From: Candidatus Eiseniibacteriota bacterium
GTDB lineage: Bacteria; Eisenbacteria; RBG-16-71-46; CAVPCR01
Assembly (NCBI GenBank): GCA_963702435.1
Contig: CAVPCR010000002.1
Location: 128,001 to 192,000 of the forward strand
Reading direction: 5' to 3'
Length of the DNA stretch: 64,000 bases
Part shown: positions 17,601 to 25,876 of the stretch, one piece after another
Numbering within the stretch: the stretch's first letter is position 1
How the letters are laid out: each line of letters opens with the position of its first letter
Position numbers and translations under genes: made by a program
The notes under the pieces: generated by a model
Databases searched by the model: none
Told to the model about the DNA's origin: nothing
What the model saw: the letters and a program-made list of their open reading frames with translations, nothing else

Positions 17601-19649
17601 CTAGCGGGGGACGATCATCGCGTCGGCGCGCACGATTCCCTCGTCCTGGAAGGTCTCGAGCGCCGCGGCGGCGTCTGCCCTGGTCGCATAGCTGCCGACG
17701 AGCACGCGATGCCAGAGGTCGCCCTCGACATCCGCCGCCCGGATGTCCACCGGGGATCGCGTCCGCCGCGCCCAGAAGGCGCGCGTCGCGGCGATCGTCT
17801 GCTGATCGCCGTCGATGAACGATTCGACCTGGATCCGGAACTCGCCGGTCGGGGGCGACGGCGACGCGGCGGGCTCCGCGCTCGCCGGCGGCGATGCCGG
17901 CGCTGTCGCCACGCTCGTGGCCTCGCCCGCGCTCGCCGGCGGCGATGCCGGCGCTGTCGCCATGCTCGCGGGCTCGCCCGCGCTCGCCGGCGGCGATGCC
18001 GGCGCTGTCGCCACGCTCGTGGCCTCGCCCGCGCTCGCCGGCGGCGATGCCGGCGCGGTCACCACGCTCGCGGCCTCGCCCGCCGCCGGCCTCTCCCCTT
18101 CCTCTGGAGCCGGCTCCCGGGCGCCGTCCTCTGCGGAGGAAGGCGCGGCCGCCGAGACCGGCGCCTCCGCCGCGGTCCCCGGCTGCTGCATCGCCGGGCC
18201 CTGCGGCCCGCGCGCCCATTGCCAGACAAAGAACCCGGCCGCTCCCGCGCACAGGAGGAGCAGGAGGGAGAGTCCGAGCGACACCGAACGCCGGCCCAAC
18301 CGCGGGGCCGCCTCCGCGAAGAGGATGGCCTGGCGTGGGGGGCCTCCGTGGACGACGCGGGGGGGAACGGCGGTGCCGTGTCCGGCCTCCACCCGCGGCG
18401 GACCGGCCGCCGCGGCGCCGCCGCCCGCCGTGGACCGCGGCCGAGGCGGGGCGGCGGCCGGGACCGGCGGCTCCGCCGCGCCCGGCTCGGGCCGCGCGCG
18501 CTCCCCGCTCCCACCCTTGACGACGCCGAGGGCCGGACGCCGGAGCCGATCGCCATCGGGGCCGGGAGCGGACGGGCTCGCCATGCCGCCCGGTAGCCCT
18601 GCCGCGACGGGTGCCGGCGCCGCCGACGGCGGCGCCGCGGGGGCTGCCGCCGGCGGGGCCAGCATCGGCGGCGGGGGCGCCGACTCGGGGGCAGGGGCCG
18701 GGGGCAAGATCGGCGCCGGGGCCGGCGGACTCGCGGCTCCCCCATTCGCCGTCGCCGGCGGACTCGCGGGCGCACCTGTCCCGCGGACCTCGGGGCGCGG
18801 CAGGCGGGCGCGGGGCACCGGTATCTCCTCGCCGAAGATCGAGGACCAGGCGAACTCGTCGACCACCGCCTGCACGTGCTCGGGGAGGACGCGCGCCGCC
18901 CCGGCAACGAACGCATTGATCAGCGCCTGGCTCGCCACGATGTTGATCTCGCGCGGGATGCCGTGCGTGAGGCGATGAACCGCCCGCGCGCTGTCGCTCC
19001 CGAAGACGGCCGCCGCGTCGCCGCCCGCCACCGCGACGCGATGGTGCAGGTAGGCGAGCGTCTCCTCCTCGGTCAGCGGCCCCAGGCGATAGCGGATGCC
19101 GATCCGCTGCCGGAGCTGGCGGAGCTCCGGCCGGGCGAGCTTCCGCTCGAGCTCCGGCTGCCCGACGAGCGCGATCTGGATCAGCTTTCCGTCGGCCCGC
19201 TCGAGGTTCGAGAGGAGCCGGATCTCCTCGAGCGCCGCGCTGTCGAAGTTCTGCGCCTCGTCGAGGATGAGGAGCGAGCCGAGGCCGCGCTCCACGCGCG
19301 AGAGGAGAAACCGCTCGAGCGTTCCGAGAAGGGCGGGCTTCGACGGCGCCGGCGGCACCTCGAGCCCGAAGCGGCGGCAGATCTCCTCGAGCAGCTCCGG
19401 GATGGTGAGCGTCGAGTTGGCGACGAAGGCGATCGCGTAGGCGGTCGGCAGCTGCGCGAGGAGATCGAAGAGCGCGGTCGTCTTGCCGGTGCCGACCTCG
19501 CCCGTGATGAGCACGAAGCCCTCGCCGTTCTCCACCCAGTAGCGGAGATGGGCCAGCGCCTCGCCATGCTCGTGGCTCTGGAAGATGAACCGCGGATTGG
19601 GCGCGAGCGCGAAGGGGTTCTCGCGCAGATGGAAGAATTCTTCGAACAT
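17601..19649 (-). CDS. ExeA/GspA-like AAA ATPase with Pro/Ala-rich linker, TM helix and C-terminal SPOR domain
   Basis: MFEEFFHLRENPF..P.PRF, GEVGTGKTT, LILDEAQN, LVGQPEL, QLRQRI, GIPREIN; TM LGLSLLLLLCAGAAGFFVW; SPOR-like FRIQVESF..WHRVLVGSYATRADA. Confidence 0.85.
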   Translation of the reverse strand: MFEEFFHLRENPFALAPNPRFIFQSHEHGEALAHLRYWVENGEGFVLITGEVGTGKTTALFDLLAQLPTAYAIAFVANSTLTIPELLEEICRRFGLEVPPAPSKPALLGTLERFLLSRVERGLGSLLILDEAQNFDSAALEEIRLLSNLERADGKLIQIALVGQPELERKLARPELRQLRQRIGIRYRLGPLTEEETLAYLHHRVAVAGGDAAAVFGSDSARAVHRLTHGIPREINIVASQALINAFVAGAARVLPEHVQAVVDEFAWSSIFGEEIPVPRARLPRPEVRGTGAPASPPATANGGAASPPAPAPILPPAPAPESAPPPPMLAPPAAAPAAPPSAAPAPVAAGLPGGMASPSAPGPDGDRLRRPALGVVKGGSGERARPEPGAAEPPVPAAAPPRPRSTAGGGAAAAGPPRVEAGHGTAVPPRVVHGGPPRQAILFAEAAPRLGRRSVSLGLSLLLLLCAGAAGFFVWQWARGPQGPAMQQPGTAAEAPVSAAAPSSAEDGAREPAPEEGERPAAGEAASVVTAPASPPASAGEATSVATAPASPPASAGEPASMATAPASPPASAGEATSVATAPASPPASAEPAASPSPPTGEFRIQVESFIDGDQQTIAATRAFWARRTRSPVDIRAADVEGDLWHRVLVGSYATRADAAAALETFQDEGIVRADAMIVPR
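17878..18081 (-). repeat. 51-bp (17-aa, ATAPASPPASAGEATSV) coding tandem repeat, 4 copies
   Basis: Units start at 17878, 17929, 17980 and 18031. Confidence 0.92.
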
Positions 19650-19762
19650 GCGGTGTGGCGTTGCTCTCCGGCCCGCGCACCCCCGTGGTCAGCGCGCCGT
19701 CGAGTCCCGCTCCTTGTTATCGGCCGATGGGGGAAGATGGCCCAGCCCAAAAGGCGAGGGCA

Positions 19763-19888
19763 CGAGCCCGGCTGCCGCAGCGAGCCCGGCCGCCGCAGCG
19801 AGCCCGGCTGCCGCAGCGAGCCCGGCTGCCGCAGCGAGCCCGGCTGCCGCAGCGAGCCCGGCTGCCGCAGCGAGCCCGGCTGCCGCGG
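19763..19888. repeat. Intergenic 18-bp tandem repeat CGAGCCCGGCTGCCGCAG, 7 copies
   Basis: Units start at 19763, 19781, 19799, 19817, 19835, 19853 and 19871, with two single-base variants and no spacers. Confidence 0.95.
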
Positions 19889-19904
19889 CGGGCCCGCCCG
19901 GCCT

Positions 19905-20825
19905 TCAGGCGAGATCGAAGTGGGCGATCGCCATGAGCTCCCGGTAGCGCCGGTCGAGGTCGGCGCGACTCAGGCCGACGAGACCATCTACCGAGAACCG
20001 CTCGACGCTGAAAGAGGCCGCCACGGTGCCGTAGACCACGGCCCGCCGGAGCGCCGCGGGGTCCCTCCCGCCGTGGGCCGCCAGGTAGCCGACGAATCCG
20101 CCGGCGAAGGTGTCGCCGGCTCCGGTGGGATCGTACACCATCTCCACCGGATAGGACGGCGCCGCGAACGTCTCGTTCTTCGTCATCAGGATTGCGCCGT
20201 GCTCTCCCTTCTTGACCACCACCACCTCGGGCCCCATGGCCAGGATGGCCCGGGCCGCCTTCCACAGGTTCGATTCGCCGGCGAGATCGCGCGCCTCGCC
20301 GTCGTTCAGGATGAAGATGTGCACCTTCCCGAGCGTGCGCACGAGCGCGTCTCGCTTCCCCGTGATCCAGAAGTTCATGGTGTCGCAGACCACGAGCTCG
20401 GGGGCGCGCACCTGGTCGAGGACCTCCTGCTGCAGATCCGGATCGATGTTGGCGAGGAAGAGGAAGCGCGAGCCGCGGAGTCGCCCGTCGAGCCGGGGCT
20501 TGAAATCCTGGAACACGTTCAGATGCGTGAAGAGAGTGGTGCGCTGATTCAGATCGGCGCCGTACTCCCCGCCCCAGCGGAAGCTCGCACCCGGCGCCAC
20601 CTCGATCGAGGCGAGGTCGATGCCGGCGCGCGCGAGCAGGTCGAGATGGACCGATGGGAAATCGCGGCCGACCACCGCCACCACCGCGACCGGCGCGAAG
20701 AGCCGGGCGGCGAGCGCGAAGTAGGACGCCGAGCCGCCGAGGACCTCGGTCGCCTCGCCGAGCGGGGTCTTCACCGTGTCGAGGGCGAGCGAGCCGACGA
20801 CCACGATCGGGTGCTGGTCGCTCAT
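19905..20825 (-). CDS. PfkB-family carbohydrate/nucleoside kinase
   Basis: VVGSLALDTV..GGSASY, CDTMNFWI, ILNDGEA, KKGEHGA, DPTGAGDTFAGGF. Confidence 0.9.
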   Translation of the reverse strand: MSDQHPIVVVGSLALDTVKTPLGEATEVLGGSASYFALAARLFAPVAVVAVVGRDFPSVHLDLLARAGIDLASIEVAPGASFRWGGEYGADLNQRTTLFTHLNVFQDFKPRLDGRLRGSRFLFLANIDPDLQQEVLDQVRAPELVVCDTMNFWITGKRDALVRTLGKVHIFILNDGEARDLAGESNLWKAARAILAMGPEVVVVKKGEHGAILMTKNETFAAPSYPVEMVYDPTGAGDTFAGGFVGYLAAHGGRDPAALRRAVVYGTVAASFSVERFSVDGLVGLSRADLDRRYRELMAIAHFDLA

Positions 20826-20899
20826 TCCGGATGGCGGAGTCACTGCGCTTCTCCTCAGGGATCGGGATGGATCGGGGACGGCGATCCCGCCCGGGATCG

Positions 20900-22564
20900 C
20901 TACATGCGGTCGGGGGCGCTCACGCCGATGAGATCGAGTCCGCGGCGGAGCACGATGCGGGTGGCGCTGACGAGCCCGAGCCGCGCCTGCATGAGCTCCT
21001 CCTCCACGCCGACCACCCGCTCGAGGTGATAGAAGCGGTGGAAGAGCGCGGCCACCTCGCGGAGGTAGTTGGTCATCCGGTGCGGCTCGCGCGCGAGCGC
21101 CGCGCCGCTCACCACCTCGGGCAGGCCGAGGAGGAGCTTCGCGAGCTCGAGCTCGGCCGGCTCGACCAGCTGCTCGAACCGGATCTCCGCCGGCGGCCGC
21201 TCGGCGACGCCCTGGCGGCGCGCGTTGGCCAGGATCTGGGCGATCCGCGCGTACGCGTACTGGACGTAGAAGCAGGGATTCTCCTCGGTCTGCGCAGTCG
21301 CCAGGTCGAGGTCGAAGTCGAGGTGCGCGTTGGTCCGCCGCATGAGGAAGAAGAAGCGGGCCGGATCGGGCCCGACTTCGTCGATGAGCTCCGCGAGGGT
21401 CACGAACTCGCCCGCGCGCTTCGACATCTTGACCGGCTGTCCGCCGCGCAGCAGGTTCACCTGCTGGACGATGAGCACCTCGAGCCAGTCGCGCCCGAAG
21501 CCGAGCGCCTGGGCCGCGGCCTGCATGCGCGGGATGTGGCCGTGGTGATCCGGACCCCAGATGTCGATCACGCGCGCGAACCCGCGCGCACGCTTGTCGG
21601 CGTGATAGGCGATGTCGGCAAGGAAGTAGGTCGGCGTGCCGTCCGAGCGGACGACCACCCGATCGGCGTCGTCGCCGAAGGCGGTCGTCGTGAACCAGAG
21701 CGCGCCGTCGCGTTCGCTGATGAAGCCTCCGGCGCGGAGCGCGGCGAGCGCCCGGTCGAGCGCGCCCGCTGAGTGGAGCGCCGACTCCCGCGCCCACACG
21801 TCGAAGCGAACGCCGAAGCGCTCGAGATGCTCGCGCTGGGCGCGCACCATGGCATCGACGCCGAGCTCGCCGAGGCGGGCGAGCCGGGCCTCGCCGGCAA
21901 GTCCGGCCAGGGCGCCCCCGCCCGCCGCCGCCAGGGCGACCGCGCGCACGTACTCGCCGTGATAGCCCTCCTCGGGAATGGCGGCCGGCTCGCCGGCGGC
22001 CTCGCGGAGCCGGGCCTCCATCGACGCGGCGAACAGCCGCACCTGGTTCCCGGCGTCGTTCACGTAGAACTCGCTCGCCGCGGCATGGCCGGAGGCCGCG
22101 AGCAGGCGGACGAGGGTGTCGCCGACCGCAGCCGCGCGTGCGCTGACCACGTTCAGGGGGCCGGTCGGATTCGCGCTCACGTACTCGACCTGCACGCGCG
22201 CTCCGCCGCCGGCCCGGCTCTCCCCGAAGCGGTCCGCGTCCCCCAGAATCCGCGCGAGCTCCTCCCGGACCCAGGCGTCGGCCACGCGGAAGTTGAGGAA
22301 CCCCGGCCCGGCGATCGAGACCGCGGCGATCCGCCTGGGGTCGAGACGGAGCCGCTCGACGAGGGCGGCGGCCACCTCGCGCGGCGCCCGGCGCTCGCTC
22401 CTGGCGAGAACGAGCGCGAGGCTCGAGGCGTAGTCTCCGTGCTCCTTCTGGCGTGGGGTCTCGAGCGGCACGTCGGGCACCGCCTCGGGCGCGAGGTCGA
22501 GGGCGGCGACCGCCGCGCGCGCCAGCTCCGAGCGCAGGTAGCTGTCGATCTGGGGAGTCGTCAA
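20900..22564 (-). CDS. argS: Arginine--tRNA ligase
   Basis: HGDYAS, AGPGFLNF, VEYVSANPTGPL, EFYVNDAGNQ, TYFLADIAYH..K, GPDHHG, KMSKRAG, NP.FYVQYAYARI, SAPDRM. TTG start overlaps the rsfS stop. Confidence 0.95.
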   Translation of the reverse strand: MTTPQIDSYLRSELARAAVAALDLAPEAVPDVPLETPRQKEHGDYASSLALVLARSERRAPREVAAALVERLRLDPRRIAAVSIAGPGFLNFRVADAWVREELARILGDADRFGESRAGGGARVQVEYVSANPTGPLNVVSARAAAVGDTLVRLLAASGHAAASEFYVNDAGNQVRLFAASMEARLREAAGEPAAIPEEGYHGEYVRAVALAAAGGGALAGLAGEARLARLGELGVDAMVRAQREHLERFGVRFDVWARESALHSAGALDRALAALRAGGFISERDGALWFTTTAFGDDADRVVVRSDGTPTYFLADIAYHADKRARGFARVIDIWGPDHHGHIPRMQAAAQALGFGRDWLEVLIVQQVNLLRGGQPVKMSKRAGEFVTLAELIDEVGPDPARFFFLMRRTNAHLDFDLDLATAQTEENPCFYVQYAYARIAQILANARRQGVAERPPAEIRFEQLVEPAELELAKLLLGLPEVVSGAALAREPHRMTNYLREVAALFHRFYHLERVVGVEEELMQARLGLVSATRIVLRRGLDLIGVSAPDRM

Positions 22565-22917
22565 TCGCCGACAGCCTCGCGCGGCGCGTCGCCCCACAGG
22601 TCCTCGAGGCGGTAGTAGAGCCGCGTCTCGCGATGGAAGACGTGCACGACGACGTCGACCAGGTCGATCAGGATCCAGGTCCGCCCGGCATGGCCCTCGA
22701 CGTGCCAGGGCTCGTGCCCCTCCGCGGCGAGCCCTTCGATGATCGAGTCGGCGATCGCCTTCACCTGGACATCGGAATCGCCGTGGCAGACGACGAAGTA
22801 ATCGCAGACCGTGGACAGCCCGGTCAGGTCGAGGAGGAGGATGTCCTCCGCCTTCTTGCCAAGCGCCAGCTCGGCGGCCGCGCGGGCGAGTGCCCGCGCC
22901 TCCTCCTGCGGTTGCAC
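22561..22917 (-). CDS. rsfS: Ribosome silencing factor (Iojap)
   Basis: KKAEDILLLD..DYFVVC.G.S..QVKAI..EG..WILIDLVDVVVHVF..R.YY.LEDLW. Confidence 0.95.
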   Translation of the reverse strand: MQPQEEARALARAAAELALGKKAEDILLLDLTGLSTVCDYFVVCHGDSDVQVKAIADSIIEGLAAEGHEPWHVEGHAGRTWILIDLVDVVVHVFHRETRLYYRLEDLWGDAPREAVGD

Positions 22918-22991
22918 GCGCCGCCGGGTCCGTCTGGCTGATTCACGCCGGTCCAGTCGCTCGCTCCTCGTTGTCTCGCCGGGTCGCCGGC

Positions 22992-23987
22992 CTACCGCCG
23001 CCGCTTGACCACGTGGTCCACCGCCGCCGCGAGCGCGGCGCGGGCATCGGCATCGACCGCGACCGTCGCCAGGATGGCGTGCGCTTCGCGCGCGTAGTGG
23101 GCCGCGCGCTCGAAGCAGTAGTCCACTCCGCCCTTGAGATCGATGAAGGACACGACCTCATCCCACAGCCCGTTGGCCAGCCCCCCGCCGAGAACCACCT
23201 CCGAGATCCGGTTCTGCTCGCGCGGCGAGGCGTTGGCGAGCGCGGCGATGAGGGGCAGCGTGACCCGCCCGCTCTTCAGGTCGGAACCGCGGGCCTTCCC
23301 CATCACCGCTTCCTCGCCGATGAAGTCGAAGAGATCGTCGGTGATCTGGAAAGCGCGGCCGTACGCGCGCCCGAAGCGGGTCCACGACTCGATCTCGTCC
23401 TCGCCGGCGCCGCGCGCGATCGCCCCGATCGCGCAAGCCGCGCTGAACAGGGAGGCCGTCTTCTCGTCGATGACCTCCAGGTACTCGGCTTCGGTGGCGG
23501 CCAGGCGGTTCTTCCGCTCGAGCTGCCGCATCTCGCCGCGGCTCATGACGTGCGCGGTCTCCGCGAGCAGCCCCATCTCGCGGTAGAGGCCCCGTTCGAC
23601 CATCACGGCGAAGGCCTTCGAGTAGACGAAGTCCCCCATGATGATCGAGACCTGATCGGAGTACATCGAGTTGATGGTCGGGAGCCCGCGGCGGAGCATG
23701 CTGCGGTCGATCGAGTCGTCGTGGATGAGGGTCGCCATGTGGATGAGCTCGACCGCCGCGCCGGAGAGGACCGCACGCTCCGCGATCGCACCGCGCTCCC
23801 GCGCCACGAGGAGGAGCAAGGTCGGGCGCACGCGCTTGCCGTTCGCAGCAAGCACGTGCCGCGCCACCTCCGCGGCCAGACCGCCCGCAGTCGCATGGAA
23901 GAAATCGTGGATCAGGCCGTCTACCCGTGCGAGCTCCGTCTCGACGGGGGCCTGAAAGGACAGCTCGACCAATGGCCCTCCCGCCAC
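22992..23987 (-). CDS. Polyprenyl diphosphate synthase (IspB/HepT-like)
   Basis: GKRVRP, ELIHMATLIHDDSID..RRG, KTASLF, AFQITDDLFD, GK..GSDL..G..TLP. Confidence 0.92.
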   Translation of the reverse strand: MAGGPLVELSFQAPVETELARVDGLIHDFFHATAGGLAAEVARHVLAANGKRVRPTLLLLVARERGAIAERAVLSGAAVELIHMATLIHDDSIDRSMLRRGLPTINSMYSDQVSIIMGDFVYSKAFAVMVERGLYREMGLLAETAHVMSRGEMRQLERKNRLAATEAEYLEVIDEKTASLFSAACAIGAIARGAGEDEIESWTRFGRAYGRAFQITDDLFDFIGEEAVMGKARGSDLKSGRVTLPLIAALANASPREQNRISEVVLGGGLANGLWDEVVSFIDLKGGVDYCFERAAHYAREAHAILATVAVDADARAALAAAVDHVVKRRR

Positions 23988-24020
23988 CGCAACCGATTGC
24001 CAGAACGCCTCTAACAGGGC

Positions 24021-24049
24021 AGGCTAGCATGGTCCTGAGAGCGGGTCAA
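24021..24049 (-). promoter_or_regulatory. Putative sigma70 promoter (TTGACC-N17-TAGCCT, extended TG) for the polyprenyl synthase-rsfS-argS run
   Basis: Minus strand ttgacccgctctcaggaccatgctagcct. Confidence 0.65.
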
Positions 24050-24343
24050 CGCGCCCGCCGGGGCCTTTGGCGACGGCCAAGCCGAACGGGAGCCCGCGAT
24101 GCCCGGGCGGGCTGCCCGCCACCCGCGTCGAACCGCGGGCGCCGCCTCGAGCCACCCCGCGGGAACGGACGCCGGGCGGCCGGGAGGGTCACCCTAGCCC
24201 GGGACTTCCCTGATGCGCCTGCTGTCCGGATCTGCTAAACTCCCGTGGAGCCTGGGGCCCTGCTGATCGGCAGATGCCCCGAACATCCTTGGATAGCGTC
24301 GGTTACCGACGGTCGGCCGGATGGCCACCTGGGAGGTACAAGC

Positions 24344-24922
24344 ATGCGTCTTGCCGTTTCCATGGTTGTGTGTCTGGTTATCGTTGTCACCGCCGGAATG
24401 GCGCTGGCGAACGTGCCGGACCCGCAGCAGAGCACCTTTGATTCCCGTCTCGGCCGCAGCCCGAAGAACCTCGAAGTGAACGATCCGAACTTCGACTACA
24501 CCTTCTCCGGCACGCTGCGGAACGCCGCGGGCCAGCCGGTAGCCAACTGGCCGGCCAACGACATCGAGCTGGAAATCAATGCTCCGTGCCAGAACCCGGT
24601 GGTCCTCAATCCGAGCGGCGCCTCGGATGCGAACGGCAACGTGCTGTGGAACGCCTCCCGTCTGGATCAGGGCGGCGGCTCGTGCATCGGCACGGCGGTC
24701 GTGGAGATCCGCCTCGTCTCGGTCGGCCTGTTCCGCACCCTGAACTCGGTCACGAGCCCCGATCAGAACGGGAATGCCGTGGTCGCCCTCGAGGACCTGT
24801 CGGTGTTCCAGAGCGCCTTCGTCAGCGGCGGCCCCCAGTATCAGGGTGACCTGAACCTGAGCGGCGGCCTCCCGGACCTGGGCGACCTGTCCTTCTTCCA
24901 GAAGCACTTCGTCGCCCCGTAG
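24344..24922 (+). CDS. Secreted protein with C-terminal dockerin/EF-hand-like duplicated loops (paralog 1)
   Basis: GGGAGG RBS; signal peptide ending ALA-NVPD; SPDQNGNAVVALEDL and GDLNLSGGLPDLGDL; Cys pair. Confidence 0.75.
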   Translation: MRLAVSMVVCLVIVVTAGMALANVPDPQQSTFDSRLGRSPKNLEVNDPNFDYTFSGTLRNAAGQPVANWPANDIELEINAPCQNPVVLNPSGASDANGNVLWNASRLDQGGGSCIGTAVVEIRLVSVGLFRTLNSVTSPDQNGNAVVALEDLSVFQSAFVSGGPQYQGDLNLSGGLPDLGDLSFFQKHFVAP

Positions 24923-24956
24923 CCGGCCGGATCGGACCCCAGGGTCCACGGGCTCA

Positions 24957-24996
24957 GAGGCGGGTGGCACCACCGGGTGCCACCCGCTTCTTTTTT
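24957..24996 (+). terminator. Rho-independent terminator
   Basis: GAGGCGGGTGGCACC-ACCG-GGTGCCACCCGCTTC followed by TTTTTT. Confidence 0.9.
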
Positions 24997-25148
24997 GGGG
25001 GGGCGCCAGCCGGGGCTGGCACCGGCTCCCTCTTTCCTGTAGACTGGGCATGACGGCGAGGGCCCGGATCGAGATCGTCCCGGGCGGTCCCCGCCTCCTA
25101 CAACCTTCGAGGCACGGGTAGGCCGTCGGCCACTCGGGAGGAAGCACG

Positions 25149-25733
25149 ATGCGTCCATCGACCCTCATCTTGACACTAGTTGCCCTCCTGGCTCTGACCG
25201 GGATGGCCTTGGCAAACATCCCTGACTGCGGCCAGAGCTCGATCGACACGCCGGCGAAGCTCGGGAGGAGTCCGAAGAACGTTGAGGTTAACGATCCGCT
25301 CTTCCAGTACACGTTCAAGCTGACCGTCCGCAACGCGGCGGGGACGCCGATTGCGAACTGGGCGGCTGCCGACGTGGCGCTGGAAGTCCTGGCCCCGTGC
25401 CAGAATCCCTTCGCCGGTCTGAACCCGAACGGCGCTTCGGATGCGAACGGCAAGTTCACCTGGGGTCCGACTTCCCTCGATCGTCCAGGCGGCTCCTGCA
25501 CCGGCGCGAACGTGGCGCGAGTGCGGATCATCTCGGCGAACTGCACGTACAACCTGAACTCGGTCACGAGTCCTGACGAGGACGGCGACAACCTGGTGGC
25601 CCTTGCCGATCTCTCGGTCTTCCAGCAGTCGTTCGTCAACCAGAACAATCCGCATCAGGGCGATCTCAACTTCGACGGGGCGATCGCGCTGAGCGACCTC
25701 CAGTACTACCAGCGGCACTTCACCGCTCCGTAG
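25149..25733 (+). CDS. Secreted protein with C-terminal dockerin/EF-hand-like loops (paralog 2)
   Basis: GGGAGG RBS; ALA-NIPD; shares LGRSPKN.EVNDP, RNAAG.P.ANW, APCQNP, GASDANG, LNSVTSPD, QGDLN, HF.AP with paralog 1; loops DEDGDNLVALAD and DLNFDGAIALSD. Confidence 0.75.
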   Translation: MRPSTLILTLVALLALTGMALANIPDCGQSSIDTPAKLGRSPKNVEVNDPLFQYTFKLTVRNAAGTPIANWAAADVALEVLAPCQNPFAGLNPNGASDANGKFTWGPTSLDRPGGSCTGANVARVRIISANCTYNLNSVTSPDEDGDNLVALADLSVFQQSFVNQNNPHQGDLNFDGAIALSDLQYYQRHFTAP

Positions 25734-25775
25734 CACGGAGGTCCGTCGCAAGAGCTGGGATCAGACTGCAAGCAA

Positions 25776-25826
25776 GAAACACGATCGCCGGCGATGTCAT
25801 GAGGACATCGCCGGCGTTTCGTTTCC
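25776..25826 (+). terminator. Probable (bidirectional) terminator between convergent genes
   Basis: CGCCGGCGATGTC-ATGAG-GACATCGCCGGCG then TTTCGTTT; A-rich on the left side. Confidence 0.75.
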
Positions 25827-25876
25827 GGGTGCGCCTCTGCTCCGACCCTTTCCCGCAGCGCGGAGCCCGGCGCTAG

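Noticed and set aside
19763..19888. Possible CRISPR array, or coding repeats (SPAAAA / EPGCRS / ARCGSR ORFs)
   Set aside because: There are no spacers. The ORFs crossing it overlap real genes and are stop-free only because the unit is 18 bp and GC-rich.
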